In this document: piece by piece, positions 1 through 10,023 of the stretch
Position numbering within the stretch: position 1 is the first letter of the stretch
How the letters are laid out: each line of letters begins with the position of its first letter
Assembly (NCBI GenBank): GCA_050949045.1
Contig: JBMNEZ010000001.1
Span: 384,001 to 448,000 of the forward strand
DNA: 64,000 nucleotides
Direction of reading: 5' to 3'
Source of the DNA: Candidatus Izemoplasmatales bacterium
Lineage (GTDB): Bacteria; Bacillota_I; Bacilli_A; Izemoplasmatales; Hujiaoplasmataceae
The notes under the pieces: model-generated
Told to the model about the DNA's origin: nothing
What the model saw: only the letters and a program-made list of their open reading frames with translations
Databases searched by the model: none
Program-made: the position numbers and the translations under genes

Positions 1-507
1 GGACATAAGTACTTGCTTAAGGCAATGCCTTTGATTCTTCAAGAAAAGCCGGACGCTTTCTTGGTTTTGGCTGGGGAAGGCGAAACAATGGTAAGTATGA
101 TCGAACTGATAGATGAACTGAAGATCAACGAACAGGTCTTATTAGTCGGGTATGTCGCTGATCTGCCAAAGCTGTATCACACAGCCGATGTGTTTGTTTT
201 ACCGTCTGTTGCGGAAGGATTTGGCAATGTCATCGTCGAAGCGATGGCCTCTGGCATCCCTGTTATCGCGGCCGCTGCTGGAGGGATCCCGGAGATTATC
301 GAACATGAACAGACAGGCTTGTTGTTTCCTCCCAAAGACGAAGATGCTATCGCCAAGGCATATCTGAGGCTCACTCGCGACGATGAGTTAAAAACGAGTT
401 TAGTCGGAAATGCCTTGAAGAACATTTCCAAGTTTTCGCTGGAAACACAAGTGGATTCCTATCAAAAACTTTATCTTGAGCTTAGTATAAGAGGCGAGGA
501 TCGCTGA
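1..507 (+). CDS. GT4-family glycosyltransferase, 5'-truncated by window edge
   Basis: Frame is open from base 1 (GHKYLLKA...). GT-B motif ADVFVLPS..EGFGNVIVEAMASGIPVI. Confidence 0.9.
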   Translation, partial: GHKYLLKAMPLILQEKPDAFLVLAGEGETMVSMIELIDELKINEQVLLVGYVADLPKLYHTADVFVLPSVAEGFGNVIVEAMASGIPVIAAAAGGIPEIIEHEQTGLLFPPKDEDAIAKAYLRLTRDDELKTSLVGNALKNISKFSLETQVDSYQKLYLELSIRGEDR

Positions 508-1376
508 TGGAAATCTTATGGATCTTTCTTGGCATCATCGGGATGCTAATGATTTGGAATATTATTAGGTTTCTTCTTTTCAAGAAAGACTTTGTTCCGG
601 TGTTGATGTATCACAGAATCGACGATTCTGTGACGCCTTCATCGCTTCGCTATGTCAAACATAAAGGCAAAATACTTGATCTTGATGAGATGAAGACAAC
701 TCTGAATCAATTTGACAGGCAATTGGAATATCTAGCAAAGCGCGGATACACCGCAGTACTTATGAATGATTATCTTAACATTAAGGCGAAAAAGCCTGTC
801 GCACTCACTTTTGATGACGGCTACTTGGACAACTATACCAATGCCTTTCCGTTGCTTAAGAAACACAACATCTGCGCTACGCTTTATTTATGCACCGACA
901 AAATCACTGATTTGCCCGGCACAGAGTATCTGAGTTGGCCTGATATTAAGATGATGCAATCGGAAGGCATCGGTTTCGGCTCGCACACGAAAAGCCACTT
1001 GTGGTTAAATGAGGAAGCCTCAAAAACTCAAATTGAAGATGAGATTGTCTCAAGCAAACTATTAATCGAGAACAAACTGAACCAGAAAGTCAACAGTTTT
1101 TGTTATCCAGCGGGCGTGTATACAGAAGAAGCAATCGAAGTGGTCGGTAAGCATTATGACAATGCCGTAATCACCGCATACGGAAGCGAGGTTCCATTAC
1201 ATAATGCCAATCCTTTCTTGATTGAAAGAGAAGCAATGTCAAGAAGCGACTCTATGCTCATGTTCAAATTGAAACTCTGGGGCGTTCATCGGTTCATCCG
1301 CAAATCATGGCTGTTTAAGGTGGTGAAGAAACTTAGACATGGAAAAGCAATCACTGAGGATTCTCGCAAACACTGA
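507..1376 (+). CDS. Polysaccharide deacetylase (CE4/NodB-like) with N-terminal membrane anchor
   Basis: VPVLMYH, LTFDDGY, GSHTKSH and FCYPAG motifs. Confidence 0.9.
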   Translation: MEILWIFLGIIGMLMIWNIIRFLLFKKDFVPVLMYHRIDDSVTPSSLRYVKHKGKILDLDEMKTTLNQFDRQLEYLAKRGYTAVLMNDYLNIKAKKPVALTFDDGYLDNYTNAFPLLKKHNICATLYLCTDKITDLPGTEYLSWPDIKMMQSEGIGFGSHTKSHLWLNEEASKTQIEDEIVSSKLLIENKLNQKVNSFCYPAGVYTEEAIEVVGKHYDNAVITAYGSEVPLHNANPFLIEREAMSRSDSMLMFKLKLWGVHRFIRKSWLFKVVKKLRHGKAITEDSRKH

Positions 1377-2322
1377 GTATTCCTTGTGGAACGAGTTTCT
1401 TGATACCCTTGAGTATGCCAATGTGTTTCAAGCGGTCAGTTATCTTGAAGCGCTGAAAGTCAACGGTTGGCACTATGAGGTCGTTGTCAATGAAGATCCA
1501 GCCGGCAGTATCATTTCTGGAGCGATTATTCAACTGAAAACCCTGATTGGCAATCGCTATGCTTACGCTGCGATCAACTATGGACCTCTATCAAGAAATC
1601 ATGATTCCGGTCTTGAGCCAATCATCGATTACCTGAGGCAGAAGAAGTGCAAAATCCTTGATCTGATGCTTCTTTCCGGAATTGACATCAATTCGGTTAA
1701 AGGCCTAAAGTACAAACATACCGGCAATAATTACACTTATCTGCTCGATTTGCTAGTCCCCTACGAGAAGATATTCACTAATTTTTCACATACGCATAGA
1801 AATTGTGCGAGAAAAGGCAAGAAAGAAGGGGTAGAGATCACTTTCTCAACTGATCAGAGCATAATCCCTTTGTTTTTAACAAAATATATGGAAATGGCTT
1901 CCCGAAAGAGTTTGAAAGCCATCACTCCTTCACTGATGCAAGCAATCGTTTCTAATCTTCTTTCTACCAATAATGGTTTTTTTGCGGTAGCGAGTTTCAA
2001 AGAAGTAGTTTATGAAATAGCCTTTGTTTCAACCGCCGGCAAGTCTGCTCGTTATCTTTACGGCGCATCGTCAAAACAGCCGAAGGGAACACCGCCGATC
2101 GGGCAGTATCTTCACGAGCAGATCATCGTCAAACTTCAAGCGGAAGGATATTCGACCTATGATCTTGGCGGTATTGTCAGCGAGGTTGTTCCGCCGGAGA
2201 ATGAGACATATGGTGTTTGGAAGTTCAAGAAAGGCTTTGGCGGCAAGGCTACGACAATGACTGCCAATTACCGCGTCTTTCTTTCTGGGGGATTATCTAG
2301 ACTGATAAGCCCGTTCATATAG
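1339..2322 (+). CDS. FemAB/GNAT-fold aminoacyl- or acyltransferase
   Basis: Motifs RNCARKGKKEGV, YLYGAS, YDLGG and C-terminal WKFKKGFGG are typical of FemAB-like proteins. Confidence 0.75.
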   Translation: MEKQSLRILANTEYSLWNEFLDTLEYANVFQAVSYLEALKVNGWHYEVVVNEDPAGSIISGAIIQLKTLIGNRYAYAAINYGPLSRNHDSGLEPIIDYLRQKKCKILDLMLLSGIDINSVKGLKYKHTGNNYTYLLDLLVPYEKIFTNFSHTHRNCARKGKKEGVEITFSTDQSIIPLFLTKYMEMASRKSLKAITPSLMQAIVSNLLSTNNGFFAVASFKEVVYEIAFVSTAGKSARYLYGASSKQPKGTPPIGQYLHEQIIVKLQAEGYSTYDLGGIVSEVVPPENETYGVWKFKKGFGGKATTMTANYRVFLSGGLSRLISPFI

Positions 2323-3888
2323 GTGATGTATTTGGAAAAAGCGAAGAAACACATCTTAACCAATGTTAGCAAAGCCGTCGGCGTTCTGACGATTATAACC
2401 ATTATCAGCAAGTTTTTGGGGTTGTTTCGTGAGATTGGAATCGCGGCTGCTTTTGGCGCAGGAATGGAAACGGACGCCTTCTATGTGGCAGTCCTGATTC
2501 CGACTTTGATCTTCACATCGGTTGGCCTGGCACTACAGAATTTATTCATGATTGAGTTTACAAAGGTGAAGGAACAAACAAACAGTTTAAAAGATCAATC
2601 GCTTTTAATCAGCAAAATGGTCAACATTTTGCTGGTAACAGCGATTTTGTTGTTCGTCATCTCTTTTTTATTTGCGGATGCGCTCGTTAAAATTATTGCC
2701 CCGGGATTTGTCGATCCGGATAAAGTGTCGCTGACTGTCGTTTTAACGAGGATCTTATTGCCGGTAATCATCATTATCCCTATCTACAATATCAAAGCTT
2801 CGGTGATGAAAGTTTATAACCGTTTTGGCACGATTGGAATGATTGACTTGATTTTCAACGTGGCACAACTTACTTATCTGCTTTTGTTTGCGGATCGCTT
2901 TGGCATTCACGGGCTTGCATATGCGATTCTTGGCGCATATTTGCTTCAACTAATCATCGTCGAAATCCTCATGTATAGATTGGGGTTTCGCCATTATTTC
3001 TGTTTCGGCTTCAAAGATGATGCAATCAAGCGGATCTTCGGTTTGTTTTTGCCGACACTACTCGCCTTTGCCATCATCCAAGTGAATGCGATGGTCGAGA
3101 AGATGATTGCATCAACGCTTCCCGAGGGCAGTATTTCTGCGTTGAACTACGCTTTGACCGTTAGGAATCTCGTTTTCAATGTCTTTGTACTTTCTGTGCT
3201 TACGGTTATCTATCCGAAGCTTCTGCATCACCGGACAAACCATGAAGAAGAAGAGTATCAAGACACTTCGATCAAAACACTTAAATTCTTGATCGTCGGT
3301 ATCATTCCGATGGTCATGACGATAATGTTGTTTTCAAACACGATCATAAAAGTGATTTTTGAACGCGGCGAGTTTTTACTGGAAGCGACACTGGTCACCG
3401 GGCAGGCATTGTTCTATTATGCGATTGGGATTCTGTTTTTTTCCTTGAAAGAGTTTTTCGTCAAGATATCCTTTGTCAATCAAGATACGAGACTGCCGCT
3501 TTTCATCACATTCATCGGGGCACTGCTTCATATATCATTAAGCCTCCTTTTACTGCCGTCAATGGGAATAAACGGAATCGCTTTGGGATTGTCGATATCA
3601 GAATTGATCAGTTTGATTGTTCTGGTGATCTTTATCGGCAAGAACGGTTATCTAGCGCTTGGAGATAACAGCGGTGATGTTTTCAAGATTGTGTTGATCA
3701 CTTTTATTGTCGGGATTCCTGCTTATTTTGTACAACCCTATCTCAATGTTACGGGCGGTTTCATTATCCAAGCGCTTGCGGTATTGGCAGGATTTGTCGT
3801 TATTGCGGTCAGTTTCGTTTTGTTGGCACTGCTCTTTCGGGTTGATTTGTTCAAATCGATTTTCAAGCGAGGGGAGCGAAAATCATGA
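2323..3888 (+). CDS. murJ: MurJ/MviN-family flippase
   Basis: ISKFLGLFREIGIAAAFGAGMETDAF, ASTLPEGSISALNYA, IFERGEF. Highly hydrophobic. Confidence 0.85.
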   Translation: MMYLEKAKKHILTNVSKAVGVLTIITIISKFLGLFREIGIAAAFGAGMETDAFYVAVLIPTLIFTSVGLALQNLFMIEFTKVKEQTNSLKDQSLLISKMVNILLVTAILLFVISFLFADALVKIIAPGFVDPDKVSLTVVLTRILLPVIIIIPIYNIKASVMKVYNRFGTIGMIDLIFNVAQLTYLLLFADRFGIHGLAYAILGAYLLQLIIVEILMYRLGFRHYFCFGFKDDAIKRIFGLFLPTLLAFAIIQVNAMVEKMIASTLPEGSISALNYALTVRNLVFNVFVLSVLTVIYPKLLHHRTNHEEEEYQDTSIKTLKFLIVGIIPMVMTIMLFSNTIIKVIFERGEFLLEATLVTGQALFYYAIGILFFSLKEFFVKISFVNQDTRLPLFITFIGALLHISLSLLLLPSMGINGIALGLSISELISLIVLVIFIGKNGYLALGDNSGDVFKIVLITFIVGIPAYFVQPYLNVTGGFIIQALAVLAGFVVIAVSFVLLALLFRVDLFKSIFKRGERKS

Positions 3889-6248
3889 TGGCTGGGAAAA
3901 CTGATTGGTTTGCCAAATTGCAGTCGGTAATGGTAATAGTTGTCGCCTGTGTGTATTTGGTTGCCAATTTTATTTTTTGGAATCTCAACTCGCCTGCTTT
4001 AAAAGCCAACAGCACAACGATATACAATATTTTTATCTACTCGATGCTAGTGGCTTTTCTTGTGAATATAAACAACATCAAAATTCGCTCGTTCTTTAGG
4101 GACAACCGCTTTCTTTTTGTTCTGGCAGTAATTTTGTTGTTCAACTCTTTCTTCATTCCGCTTGGGGGTAGAAGCAGAGAGTTTGTTTATACCATTCTCG
4201 GGGTGTTTTTGCTGACAACGATCATTGGCAGACTAACATATCGAAGTTTGATCGACTACGGTCTCAAGATTTTGCTCGGGCTGTTCGTGGTCTACATGCT
4301 TCTGGGAGTTATCGGTGCCGTCTTTCAGTTGGAGTCATTTTTTGGCTGGTTTCCTAATAATTTGACCGACAACTACCGCTACAGTTCAATCCTCGATAAT
4401 CCAAATTCCTTGGGTGAATATTCGTTCGTGGGTTTTTTTATCGCTGCTTTCTATTTTGTCAAAACACCAAATAACAAAACAAGGTTGCTATGCGGTCTGA
4501 TTATTGCTTTATCGGCAGCTTCGCTCCTAGTAAGTCTGAGCCGCGCCGCCTTGGTCATGGTTGGCGCGACGGTCGGCTACTTGCTTTTTTCGATGAAGCA
4601 CTTGGATAAGCAACTCAAGTTAATTCTTAAGCTGGGAATCATTGCCGTTGTCGTTGGACTGATATGCGGTTTCATCATTGCTCCTCGGTTCATGATTACT
4701 TTTTTTCGGCTTGATCAAGGGCTTACCGGCAGGGATGAGATCTGGCGGTATCTTGTCGAAGGAATCAAAGAACATTGGCTGTTTGGCGTAGGCTATAACA
4801 ATTCGCAGCTATACATCAGCATCGCCTTTCCCGGGCAGACATCATCAGCTCACAACATGTATCTCGGCTTTCTTTATGAAGCGGGGATCATTGCCTTCAT
4901 CGTTTTGCTTGCTTTCATGGTGCTCTTGATTATTCGAAACATCATATTGATCAAGCAAGACAGTAAAATCAGATTGTATTTGATCATGATTAACGCTTTC
5001 TACATCGGTTTCTTTGTCGCTCAGTTTTTTGAGTTCACATTTATGAAAATATCTGCCATAAACACCTTTATGTTCTTCATCTTTGGGATCAATCAGGCAC
5101 TGGTCTATCAAGCGAAGAAAGATGGGGACATCAAACTTCGAGTGGTTCATATGATAAGCGGGCTTGCGAACGGCGGAGCTGAGGCGATGCTCTATAAAAT
5201 CGTTAAGCACACTGATAAAACCAAATATCAGGCTAGTGTGGTCTCAATGGACACAAGGGGTTTCTATGGCGACTTGATCGAAGGCTTTGAGATTCCGGTA
5301 ATCGCTCTCAGGCTTAAAGAACCAATCGCCTTTATTAAGATTCTTCCGAAGTTCATTAGCCTTGTTTTCTTCGCCGATGTGCTTCAAACTTGGTTGTATC
5401 ACGCGAATCTGTTCGGGCTGTTTACAGGAAAACTATTGGGCGTTGACAAGATCATCTGGGGAGTCAGGCAGGCAAATGTCAGTTACGATGTCAATCCCCG
5501 TTTGGCTATGCATATTGCCAGGGTCTGTGCCTCGCTCTCTTTGTTTGTCTACCGGATTCTGAGTAATTCCGATGAAACGACGAACACTCACCAAAAACTT
5601 GGGTATCTGAAAAGAAAGTTTGTAACGATCTACAATGGTTTTGAAATGAATGAAGACTATTTGGATCAGAAACTGCTTACATCAATGAGAGCGGAGCTTG
5701 CACAAGATAACGATCTCTTAATCATCAATGTCGCGAGGTGGGATCCTCAGAAGGACCATCGGACATTGTTTCAAGCAGTCAGATTGTTGAAAAAAAGCGA
5801 ATCCAAAATGAAAATAAGACTCATTCTTTTAGGAATGAATATCGACCAGTCGAATGATGAACTTGTCAGTTTGTTGCGGGAAAATGAAATTTATGATGAC
5901 ACCATTTTGCTTGGAGTTCGTCATGATGTGTTGCAATTGATGGCCATTAGTGATATTTTTGTACTGTCATCTCTTGGCGAAGGCTTTCCCAATGTATTGG
6001 GCGAGGCAATGTCAGTCGGAACATTGGTCGTTGCGACCGATGTCGGCGATTGTAAGGCCATTATCGGTGATGCTGGACTATGTGTTCCCCCGAAAAATGC
6101 CGAGTTGCTCTTTGAGGCAATCGAGAAACTCATCAGTTTGCCTGAAATCAAAAAAGATGAACTGAGGCAGAAAGCAATGAACAGAATCAAGAACACATAT
6201 GACATCAAGGTCATCACCAGAAAGTACGAGGAACTCTATGGCGAATAA
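3885..6248 (+). CDS. O-antigen ligase-family membrane domain fused to a C-terminal GT4 glycosyltransferase
   Basis: N-terminal half: NPNSLG, SLSR, TGRDEIW, FGVG, AHNMYL. C-terminal half: VVHMISGLANGGAE, QKDH, EGFPNVLGEAM. Confidence 0.85.
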   Translation: MMAGKTDWFAKLQSVMVIVVACVYLVANFIFWNLNSPALKANSTTIYNIFIYSMLVAFLVNINNIKIRSFFRDNRFLFVLAVILLFNSFFIPLGGRSREFVYTILGVFLLTTIIGRLTYRSLIDYGLKILLGLFVVYMLLGVIGAVFQLESFFGWFPNNLTDNYRYSSILDNPNSLGEYSFVGFFIAAFYFVKTPNNKTRLLCGLIIALSAASLLVSLSRAALVMVGATVGYLLFSMKHLDKQLKLILKLGIIAVVVGLICGFIIAPRFMITFFRLDQGLTGRDEIWRYLVEGIKEHWLFGVGYNNSQLYISIAFPGQTSSAHNMYLGFLYEAGIIAFIVLLAFMVLLIIRNIILIKQDSKIRLYLIMINAFYIGFFVAQFFEFTFMKISAINTFMFFIFGINQALVYQAKKDGDIKLRVVHMISGLANGGAEAMLYKIVKHTDKTKYQASVVSMDTRGFYGDLIEGFEIPVIALRLKEPIAFIKILPKFISLVFFADVLQTWLYHANLFGLFTGKLLGVDKIIWGVRQANVSYDVNPRLAMHIARVCASLSLFVYRILSNSDETTNTHQKLGYLKRKFVTIYNGFEMNEDYLDQKLLTSMRAELAQDNDLLIINVARWDPQKDHRTLFQAVRLLKKSESKMKIRLILLGMNIDQSNDELVSLLRENEIYDDTILLGVRHDVLQLMAISDIFVLSSLGEGFPNVLGEAMSVGTLVVATDVGDCKAIIGDAGLCVPPKNAELLFEAIEKLISLPEIKKDELRQKAMNRIKNTYDIKVITRKYEELYGE

Positions 6249-7746
6249 TCGAAATCAGTTCAAAGAGAAACGACCCAGCCCCATCTGTGAATGGGCTGGG
6301 AAGTTTTGCGAGTACTATCTTGATGTTTTAGCGGTCTTGTTTTTGACAATCAATATGATGCTATTCTATATTGACAATGAGTTTTTCAGTCTACACAGTT
6401 TCCCGCTTTACCATCTTGGCATTATCTTGATATCTAGTGCTCTCGTCATCAACATTTATCGTTTGAATCTGATCAAAGGGCTTTCAACAATAGCTGTCCT
6501 ACTTTTAGTTTTCTTAGTGGTGCTTTACAACTCATATTCGATAATCATGAATTTTAACGGTATCGTCGTGGATATGGGAGAGCGAAGCAGAATTTTGTTA
6601 ATGCAAGCATTTCCTGGTTTTTTGCTTGTGCTGTTGTTGTTCTGGAAAATAAGCAGGCCCGCCTTTGGTGTGGCAATGGCGTCTGTTGGCTTGATTGCGA
6701 CGATTTATGCGGGGATCGCGGTCTATGCTTTCATTACGGAAACGACTGAGTTGTGGGATTTCTCACTTGTTTCGTTTAACCGGTTTCAATCGATCTTGAA
6801 TAATCCAAATGCGTTTGGCGAACTATGCTTCATTGGCTTTGTCGCTTTGCTTTATTTGATTATCGTGATTGACTCGACAATCGCTAAGATAGCTATTAGT
6901 CCATTAACTGTCTTGCTTTTGCTGGGGATCGTCTTATCGGGAAGCAGAACGGCGCTCCTGATGACTATTATTTTTTCCGGTGTTATTCTCGCATACTACA
7001 ATTATCACGAGCGTAAACAACGAGTCTATCTGATTGTCACATTCGTGCTGGCAATCATGTTAGTCGTCTATCTTGCTTTTGGTGGATTTCCTGAACTAAT
7101 AGACCACATCCGGGCTGACTTTGACACAAGCGGCAGGGACAAGATTTGGTATAATATTCTGAAAATCATCAGTGATGATGGGCTCAAGGGAATTGGTTAT
7201 GGGAATCTGACATATGTATATAACGAGCGTTTCCGCGTGCTGACATCGGCACACAATATGTATCTTGGAATATATGCCGAACTTGGATTCATTGGCTTCT
7301 CATTGATCTTGTTGTGGCTGGTCTTTGTTTTTGTCGGAACTCATAACCGGATCATTGTTCCTCAAACAGATCGAAACCGGAAATACCTGATCGTCGCCAA
7401 TGCGTTATTGATTGCATTTTTGGTCGGCCAAATGACGGAGTTTTCGTTTCTGCATATTTCGACAATAAATACATTTATTCTGGCTTTTATCGGTTTTTCT
7501 TTCAATATCCGGCGGCGGATCAAGCCCGTAGAGGACCGCCTGAAGATATTGGATCTCGTTCTTTTCTTGGTAATAGCCGGCGTTTCTTTTTATGGTATGT
7601 TGGCTGAAGTCCAAGATGGGAACATCACTTGTCTTTTGATCATCATCAGTTTGGGATTTGTGATTATAAAAGAAGTAGCCAGTCTAATACTTTCTCGAAT
7701 TGAAGATAGAAAGCAAACCGTGGTTACAGTTGAAAAAGGGAAATGA
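6238..7746 (+). CDS. O-antigen ligase/Wzy_C-family membrane protein
   Basis: NPNAFG, SGSRTA, SGRDKIW, GIGYG, AHNMYL. Start moved to ATG 6238, which follows GAGGA. Confidence 0.8.
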   Translation: MANNRNQFKEKRPSPICEWAGKFCEYYLDVLAVLFLTINMMLFYIDNEFFSLHSFPLYHLGIILISSALVINIYRLNLIKGLSTIAVLLLVFLVVLYNSYSIIMNFNGIVVDMGERSRILLMQAFPGFLLVLLLFWKISRPAFGVAMASVGLIATIYAGIAVYAFITETTELWDFSLVSFNRFQSILNNPNAFGELCFIGFVALLYLIIVIDSTIAKIAISPLTVLLLLGIVLSGSRTALLMTIIFSGVILAYYNYHERKQRVYLIVTFVLAIMLVVYLAFGGFPELIDHIRADFDTSGRDKIWYNILKIISDDGLKGIGYGNLTYVYNERFRVLTSAHNMYLGIYAELGFIGFSLILLWLVFVFVGTHNRIIVPQTDRNRKYLIVANALLIAFLVGQMTEFSFLHISTINTFILAFIGFSFNIRRRIKPVEDRLKILDLVLFLVIAGVSFYGMLAEVQDGNITCLLIIISLGFVIIKEVASLILSRIEDRKQTVVTVEKGK

Positions 7747-7810
7747 TATATTCGTATCTATTGTCTAATGCCTATTAACTTACTATCCTGATTACAAGGA
7801 AGAGGTCAAT

Positions 7811-9112
7811 ATGAAGAAAATCATCGATTTCACTCACTCATTGAAGTTCCTCATCCTCGTCAGTTTTGTGACGCTATGTTTTTGGACTTTGAAACTTGAG
7901 TCGATTGGAATCTTCATATATCTGGGTTTGATGATGGTTGTGTTTATCTTTTCCAAAGATACCATGCCGATAATTCCTTTATTGTTCAATGCTTTGTTTA
8001 TGGTATCGACGCTTCCGTTATCATTTTCGGATATTCCTCTGTATTTATACTTGACACCGATAGTTTTGATTTCCGGGATGGTTATCCATATAGTGAAATT
8101 TAAAGTCAAGTTTAACAAAGGGAAGATGCTTCCGGGAATCATTATCATGGCTTTGGCGATGTTTCTTTCGAGTTTCAACGCCGCGGAACTGTCACTCAAT
8201 TATTGGTTTTACGCCTCGATTGGCATCGTATATGCTCTTATATATACTTTCTTCGTGAACACATTTCAAGGCGACAATAAGAAATATCTTCTGCAAATGA
8301 TGTTCATCCTAGGTATCCTTATCAGTATCCAAGTCGTGATTCATTTTGTTCAGGCTGAGGATTTTGTCCAGGAGATGATCGACAAGGAACTTGTTCTGGG
8401 GTGGGGAATATCCAACCAGATAGCGACATATCTGGTGATGTTTATTGTAATCACCGTCTATTTCATCACCACTTTGGATAGGGGCTATTTGCTTGTCCCG
8501 GTGATGGTTTTTCAGTCTGTTATGCTTCTGTTCACTCTGTCTCGAGGCGGGATCTTTGCTTATATATTGATTTTGCCACTGCTTGTATATTTGACATTTA
8601 AAAAGTCGGATAGAAAACTAGAACACTTGATTTCTTTTCTAGTATCCGCGGCTGTTCTAGCAATCATCTTTTTGATTGGCAAGAATAAAATATTGCCCTT
8701 ATTTGACTATTTTCTAAGAACGGGATTCGATGATAACCTCCGTTTTATGGTTTGGAATGACGCTTGGAATGTATTCAAGAGGCATCCGCTATTTGGCGGC
8801 GGGATCTTTGCCAGAGAAGGACCAAAAGACTATCAAATGTATCACAATACGTTCATCCATGTGCTTGGAACCATGGGAATTGTAGGACTGATTGGGCTTC
8901 TGCATCAATTGTATATGCAGTTCAAGATCACGCTTGGGCATTACAAAAAGGAGAATCTGTTCTTGGCGTTAGCATTGCTGGGAGCACATATCCATGGTCT
9001 TGTGGATAATGTCTATCTTATGCCACAATTCATGATATTGATGTTGGTGATTGTTGCGGTGGTTGAAGTGGATCTTGGTAGCAGTAGCCTAACACAAAAA
9101 ACATGCGAATAG
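7811..9112 (+). CDS. O-antigen ligase/Wzy_C-family membrane protein
   Basis: TLSRGG, R..W..AW..F..HPLFGGG, YHNTFI..L...GIVG. Confidence 0.8.
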   Translation: MKKIIDFTHSLKFLILVSFVTLCFWTLKLESIGIFIYLGLMMVVFIFSKDTMPIIPLLFNALFMVSTLPLSFSDIPLYLYLTPIVLISGMVIHIVKFKVKFNKGKMLPGIIIMALAMFLSSFNAAELSLNYWFYASIGIVYALIYTFFVNTFQGDNKKYLLQMMFILGILISIQVVIHFVQAEDFVQEMIDKELVLGWGISNQIATYLVMFIVITVYFITTLDRGYLLVPVMVFQSVMLLFTLSRGGIFAYILILPLLVYLTFKKSDRKLEHLISFLVSAAVLAIIFLIGKNKILPLFDYFLRTGFDDNLRFMVWNDAWNVFKRHPLFGGGIFAREGPKDYQMYHNTFIHVLGTMGIVGLIGLLHQLYMQFKITLGHYKKENLFLALALLGAHIHGLVDNVYLMPQFMILMLVIVAVVEVDLGSSSLTQKTCE

Positions 9113-9922
9113 CAATATGACATATTCAAGAAAAGACGGAAGGTTGGTTTCTTGATTACGAATCCCGATAAATAATTTTGGTATGGCAAGACGATTTTTA
9201 TTGATATCAAAAAAGATGGCGAGACTATGCCCTCTTCAACATCAACTCCATAAAGGTGATGATGGGCAAAAGCAAATACAAAGACAAATCCGATAATCAA
9301 GTTATGAAACCCTAACTAATGAAGATCACCTCTAAACTGAATACGTTGAGATTGCCGGGGGCTTTAATTTGATGCCCTCGGTTCAAAAGTACATCTTTCC
9401 GGAAATAGTGGACTAAAAGACAAGAACCATCATTTTTGTGAGGTTTTTAGAAAGTACGACATATGTATATACACTTGTAAGGAATTAATGACAAAATATT
9501 GTTTTTGAAGCAACACATCGATGAGATGAAAGGTTCATTTGGTATGATTGTATATTATACTAGGCTGTACTAAAATATCAGAAACTATGACTTTATTAAA
9601 TATTTTAACGGAATTCATTAAGGGTTTCTTAATTTATATGTTTGATGAAAATTTACAACCAATCATAAGGAAATTACATATAAACAGTTTATCAAATGAA
9701 AGCGCATTTCATTTTTGAAATGTGTTTTGTTTATGAATACTTATAAATTCTTCATTTAATACCATTAATAATAGCATGTAAAAAGTCGATGATTCATGTT
9801 GGTTATGTCAAATAGGCTGGATTTGTATCTGTATAATTAAGAATGTCGATGGTTTACTCTCTTGTTTTCTTAAGGCTATTGTGCAAATGTTTTGTTCTTA
9901 TTTGAGAAGCCCAATCCGGTTA

Positions 9923-10010
9923 TTTGTTCGATATTCAAACAAAATCGTGTTTACCCCTTGATTTATTTCAATAATAGTCATACAATGTGATTATTCAATT
10001 ATCGAACAAT
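9923..10010. promoter_or_regulatory. Two imperfect palindromes TTGTTCGA-N3-TCGAACAA flanking the promoter (candidate operators)
   Basis: TTTGTTCGA-TAT-TCAAACAAA at 9923-9943 and ATTATTCAA-TTA-TCGAACAAT at 9990-10010. Confidence 0.5.
9958..9986 (+). promoter_or_regulatory. Sigma70/SigA-type promoter of the AT-rich EPS operon
   Basis: TTGATT (9958-63), 17-nt spacer, TACAAT (9981-86). Confidence 0.6.
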
Positions 10011-10023
10011 GGGGAGAAACGCA

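Noticed and set aside
1339..3888. Peptidoglycan synthesis role for the FemAB-like and MurJ genes
   Set aside because: The context is glycosyltransferases, a deacetylase and ligases with no other mur genes, so a surface-polysaccharide role is more likely. Not excluded.
9013..9300. Minus-strand 95-aa ORF
   Set aside because: Overlaps the 3' end of 7811..9112, has a TTG start without a well-placed RBS and no recognisable motif.
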